A stretch of DNA of 64,000 nt from Bacillota bacterium (GTDB lineage Bacteria; Bacillota; Sulfobacillia; SLMV01), in NCBI GenBank assembly GCA_046483165.1, contig JAWODQ010000126.1:3811-67810 (forward strand). Reading direction: 5' to 3'. Made by a program: the position numbers and the translations under genes. This document shows, piece after piece, positions 60,699 to 64,000 of this stretch (position 1 is its first letter; every line of letters starts with the position of its first letter). The notes under the pieces were generated by a model, which saw only the letters and a program-made list of their open reading frames with translations, was not told the origin of the DNA and made no database searches.

Positions 60699-61607
60699 AT
60701 GAGACTATCCTTTACGAAAATGCACGCCGCCGGGAACGATTACATATACGTCGACGGGGTTGAGCGTCGCCTGCCCGAGCTGGATTGGTCCGCCGTTTCC
60801 CGCGACCTATCCCGTAGACATCACTCCGTGGGCTCCGACGGAGTGATCCTCATCCTTCCCTCGAACGAAGCTGACTTCCGCATGCGCCTTTTCAATGCCG
60901 ACGGCAGCGAAGGGGATATGTGCGGTAACGGTGTCCGTTGCGCCGCTTCCTACATATGGGAGCGGGGTTTCATCGGAGTCGACACTTTCAAGATGGAGAC
61001 CGGGGACGGACCGGTGGAGGTCACCGTCGTTCCCAAAGATGGAGGACTTTCCGTCTCGGCCAAGCTGCGACGGCCCGGCTTCCGATTGGAAGAGATACCC
61101 ATGCTCGGAGAACCCGAACGAGATGTTGAAGAGGAAGAAGGATTCAATTCTTCCCTGGAAGTCCTGGGACGTCAGATTCCCGTGGACGGTGTGCGGGTGG
61201 GCAATCCCAACTGCGTGATCTTCGTACGTGACGTCGAAGGCATCGATCTCGAGCATCTCGGCCCCCTGCTGGAAAAACACGAACGATTTCCCGCGGGGAC
61301 CAACGTGGAATTCGTTCAGGTCATAGACGAGGAAACGCTGCGGGTTCGGGTGTGGGAACGCGGCTCCGGAATCACGCTCGCCTGCGGAACCGGTGCGGCA
61401 GCGGCGGCAGTGTGCGCCGTGAGGAGGAGACGCTGTACCTCTCCGATAGGGGTGGAAATGCCGGGAGGCCGTCTGCGGGTAACATGGGACGGAGAGGAAA
61501 ACCTGGTGTTGTCCGGCCCCGTGGAGCGCATCTACCGTGGATCTGTGGATCTCGACCAGGAGCATTACGCGCCCGTCGGAGAAGATGGCGAAGAGGATAT
61601 GCCTTGA
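60699..61607 (+). CDS. dapF: diaminopimelate epimerase DapF
   Basis: 'FTKMHAAGNDYIYVD', the catalytic Cys motifs 'GNGVRC' and 'ACGTGAAA' are present. ATG 60699 follows GGGAGGTGG. Confidence 0.85.
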   Translation: MRLSFTKMHAAGNDYIYVDGVERRLPELDWSAVSRDLSRRHHSVGSDGVILILPSNEADFRMRLFNADGSEGDMCGNGVRCAASYIWERGFIGVDTFKMETGDGPVEVTVVPKDGGLSVSAKLRRPGFRLEEIPMLGEPERDVEEEEGFNSSLEVLGRQIPVDGVRVGNPNCVIFVRDVEGIDLEHLGPLLEKHERFPAGTNVEFVQVIDEETLRVRVWERGSGITLACGTGAAAAAVCAVRRRRCTSPIGVEMPGGRLRVTWDGEENLVLSGPVERIYRGSVDLDQEHYAPVGEDGEEDMP

Positions 61608-61676
61608 GGCTCCTCGCCCTGCGCCACGTGGGCAGGTTGCGCCAAGTATGGTTGTTATTCACCGGGAGGTGAGAAA

Positions 61677-62561
61677 TTGACCCCGTTAAGCATGACCGGA
61701 TTCGGTAGCGCCTCCGGAACGTTCAATTCCACCACGTTGGACGTGGAGATAAGGACCCTCAACCATCGCTTCCTGGAGGTGTTCGTCCACCTCGCACCGG
61801 ACCTTCCGCGGGAGTGGGAGGCACTGTGCCGCAAACAAATCGAGAAAAGGCTAGTTAGAGGGCGAGTGGACGTCTATATCGAGGCAAGGACGCCTCCAGA
61901 GGAGAGCAGAGTCCCACGCGTTGACACGTCATTGGCCGAGGCATATCATATTGCCTTGAAAGAACTCGCCGAAACCCGACATTTGCCGCTTGTCCTCGAC
62001 ACCCTCGATTTGGCAAAGTTGCCGGGCGTGCTCGAGTTGCAGGAGCCACAGTGGGACCTGGCGCGGGCAGAATCGACCTTTTTGGAGACGCTCGATCGCG
62101 CCGTGGCCGAAGTCCTAAGTATGCGTCAAAGCGAGGGAGAGTCCCTCGGCGAGGCCGTCGGTAGCTTACTGGAAGCCTTTCGAGAAGATGTGGATATTAT
62201 CGAAGGGCGAATCCCGGAACTGGAACGGCATCGTTACCAGGTAATCCTGGAACGAGTAGAAGCCCTTTTGGAACGGACCGAAACCGAAGTACCCGATATC
62301 GTCGGTGAAGTTGCCCTGATGGCGCAGAGGGCGAGCATTTCAGAAGAGCTGGATCGGCTGAAAAGTCACCTGGAGCAAATCCAAGATATTCTCCAGGAAG
62401 AAGGTCCGGTGGGACGAAGATTGGACTTTCTGGTCGGCGAGATGGGGCGAGAAAGCAACACGATCGCGGCAAAGATCGACGACGCGGATCTCAATCGCAT
62501 CGCCCTGCGGATGAAAGCTCACCTGGAGGATATGAAGGAACAGGCGCGAAACATCGAATAA
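61677..62561 (+). CDS. yicC: YicC family protein (YloC-like, UPF0701)
   Basis: 'MTGFGSASG' at the N-terminus and a C-terminal DUF1732-like region '[19 protein letters not shown]' are present. TTG 61677 lies 4 nt after GGGAGGTGA. Confidence 0.85.
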   Translation: MTPLSMTGFGSASGTFNSTTLDVEIRTLNHRFLEVFVHLAPDLPREWEALCRKQIEKRLVRGRVDVYIEARTPPEESRVPRVDTSLAEAYHIALKELAETRHLPLVLDTLDLAKLPGVLELQEPQWDLARAESTFLETLDRAVAEVLSMRQSEGESLGEAVGSLLEAFREDVDIIEGRIPELERHRYQVILERVEALLERTETEVPDIVGEVALMAQRASISEELDRLKSHLEQIQDILQEEGPVGRRLDFLVGEMGRESNTIAAKIDDADLNRIALRMKAHLEDMKEQARNIE

Positions 62562-62563
62562 AT

Positions 62564-62848
62564 GTGGGGAGGACTATGATGAATGGAGTCATCCTGGTAA
62601 ATATAGGGTTTGGCAACATGGTTTCGGCCAACAGGGTCGTCGCCATAGTCAGTCCGGAGTCCGCTCCGATCAAGCGTACGATCAGCGAGGCCCGCTCCGA
62701 GGGTAAGCTGGTCGACGCCACCTACGGGCGCCGGACCCGGGCGGTCATTATCACCGACAGCGGGCACGTCGTGCTTTCAGCGGTTCAACCCGAAACGGTA
62801 GCCGGCCGTCTTCAGATTCAGCAGCGAGGTGGAGAAATCGAGGAGTGA
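62564..62848 (+). CDS. remA: RemA/YlzA (DUF370) family protein
   Basis: '[28 protein letters not shown]...[33 protein letters not shown]' is near-identical in pattern to Bacillus RemA. Confidence 0.85.
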   Translation: MGRTMMNGVILVNIGFGNMVSANRVVAIVSPESAPIKRTISEARSEGKLVDATYGRRTRAVIITDSGHVVLSAVQPETVAGRLQIQQRGGEIEE

Positions 62849-62926
62849 TGGTTCGCATCGTCGGGCCCAGGGTGGTCGTAGGGGCGACGCGAATGATCTT
62901 TGCGAAGGAGTTGCAATACTTTCAAT

Positions 62927-63193
62927 ATGACAAGAGAAGTGGCACTCACCCCTGATCAGCTGATCGCTCAGGGTCACAATAAATACGCTTTGACCATCGC
63001 CGTAGCCAAACGGGCCCGTCAAATTCACGATGGTTCCCCCGTAATGGTGGATACCGACGCCGCCAAACCGGTCACCTCGGCCCTGGCTGAGGTCGTGGAG
63101 AAACGCATAAGATACGGCCTCGGAGTGGTGGAGACCACCCCGGCCCCCACCAGTTCCGCCGAGGATGAAGACGAAGAATCCAACGAGGCGTAA
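62927..63193 (+). CDS. rpoZ: DNA-directed RNA polymerase subunit omega RpoZ
   Basis: 'NKYALTIAVAKRARQI' is the omega-subunit signature. It is followed by an acidic tail. The start is uncertain (ATG 62927 or GTG 62936). Confidence 0.8.
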   Translation: MTREVALTPDQLIAQGHNKYALTIAVAKRARQIHDGSPVMVDTDAAKPVTSALAEVVEKRIRYGLGVVETTPAPTSSAEDEDEESNEA

Positions 63194-63302
63194 GATGAGA
63201 TCGGTGTCGTGACTGCGCCCTCGCAAGGCATCTAAATGGTCGACGAGCGCCAGTAATGGCGGAGATTCCCGAGATCGATAGCACCGGGTGGGAGGTTTCT
63301 GA

Positions 63303-64000
63303 TTGGTACCGAAAGATCTTGAGGGCAAGCACATTCTCTTCGGAGTTACCGGTTGCATTGCGATCTACAAGGCCCTGGAAGTCGTAAGCAAACTGCGAAA
63401 GAGGGGAGCCTCCGTTTCTGTGGTAATGACGGAGGCGGCGACTCATCTGGTGGCACCACTCACGTTCCGTACCATATCGGATTCTCCGGTCTATACGCGC
63501 ATGTTTGAGGAACCCCGACGCTGGAACGTAGAGCACATCGCTCTCGCGGAGTGGGGCGACGTCATGGTCGTGGCTCCCGCCACCGCCAACTGTCTCGCAA
63601 AGGCGGCTTCCGGATTGGCCGACGACTACCTCAGCACTCTCTTGCTGGCATTTCCCGGTCCGAAACTTTTTGCGCCCGCCATGAATACTCACATGTGGCA
63701 AAATCCCTCGACGCGACGTAACGTGGCGACCCTGCGGGATGACGGCTACACGGTGGTTGAGCCGGACGTCGGTCGGCTCGCGTCCGGAGCGGAAGGTCCG
63801 GGTAGATTCCCGGAACCGGAGACGATAGTGGAGGAAATCTCCAGCTTCGTCCACGCGGACAGCTCTCTCGCCGGGCGAACGGTTCTGGTCACCGCCGGTC
63901 CCACGAGAGAATACTTCGATCCGGTCCGCTTCCTCTCCAACCCCTCCACGGGAAAGATGGGTTACGCCCTGGCGTCTGCCGCCCGGGAAAGGGGAGCACG
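63303..64000 (+). CDS. coaBC: bifunctional phosphopantothenoylcysteine decarboxylase / phosphopantothenate--cysteine ligase CoaBC (partial, runs off window end)
   Basis: The manual translation '[26 protein letters not shown]...PAMNTHMW' is a flavoprotein-domain signature. TTG 63303 follows a TGA and lies 7 nt after GGGAGG. The ORF is absent from the track because it is truncated. Confidence 0.85.
   Translation, partial: MVPKDLEGKHILFGVTGCIAIYKALEVVSKLRKRGASVSVVMTEAATHLVAPLTFRTISDSPVYTRMFEEPRRWNVEHIALAEWGDVMVVAPATANCLAKAASGLADDYLSTLLLAFPGPKLFAPAMNTHMWQNPSTRRNVATLRDDGYTVVEPDVGRLASGAEGPGRFPEPETIVEEISSFVHADSSLAGRTVLVTAGPTREYFDPVRFLSNPSTGKMGYALASAARERGA

Overview
High-GC (~60%) bacterial chromosomal segment with a Firmicutes/Terrabacteria-type conserved backbone. 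Genes are densely packed, almost all on the + strand, and many are translationally coupled through ATGA/GTGA/TTGA start-stop overlaps. Left to right: a partial MrfA/YprA-like DEAD/DEAH helicase (-), an MFS transporter and rimO. Then the cinA-thpR-recA-recX block, followed by rny-ymdB (RNase Y and its phosphodiesterase partner) and a three-subunit 2-oxoacid:ferredoxin oxidoreductase (korABC-like). A membrane dipeptidase, a PHP-domain phosphoesterase, a RacA-like MerR-HTH/coiled-coil protein and an ADP-forming acetyl-CoA synthetase follow. On the minus strand sit two hypotheticals, a YkgJ-type Cys-cluster protein and a Nudix-like protein. Next come miaB, a SAM methyltransferase (-), mutS-mutL-miaA and two small coupled ORFs (an acidic protein and a zinc-ribbon protein) ending at a strong terminator. 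A reduced dcw cluster follows: mraZ-rsmH-ftsL-ftsI(PASTA)-murE-murF-mraY-ftsW-murG-murB-ftsQ-ftsZ. No murD, murC, ddl or ftsA is in the window. The ylm block comes next (pgeF-yggS-sepF-yggT-divIVA), then an aspartate racemase, an amidohydrolase, mgtE (-) and lspA-rluD. A pyr leader with a PyrR-type attenuator precedes pyrR-pyrB-pyrC-pyrK-pyrD-pyrF-pyrE, followed by rqcH (-). An opine-dehydrogenase-like gene is translationally coupled to a B12-binding-domain protein just upstream of dapF. The window ends with yicC-remA-rpoZ-coaBC (partial). There are no rRNA or tRNA genes, CRISPR arrays or mobile elements. The most novel-looking content is two things. One is the miaA-proximal small-ORF pair, sitting where hfq is usually found. 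The other is the uncharacterised opine-DH/B12-binding cassette next to dapF. Several predicted RNA regulatory structures are also present: the pyr attenuator, a hairpin in the rny leader, and bidirectional terminators.
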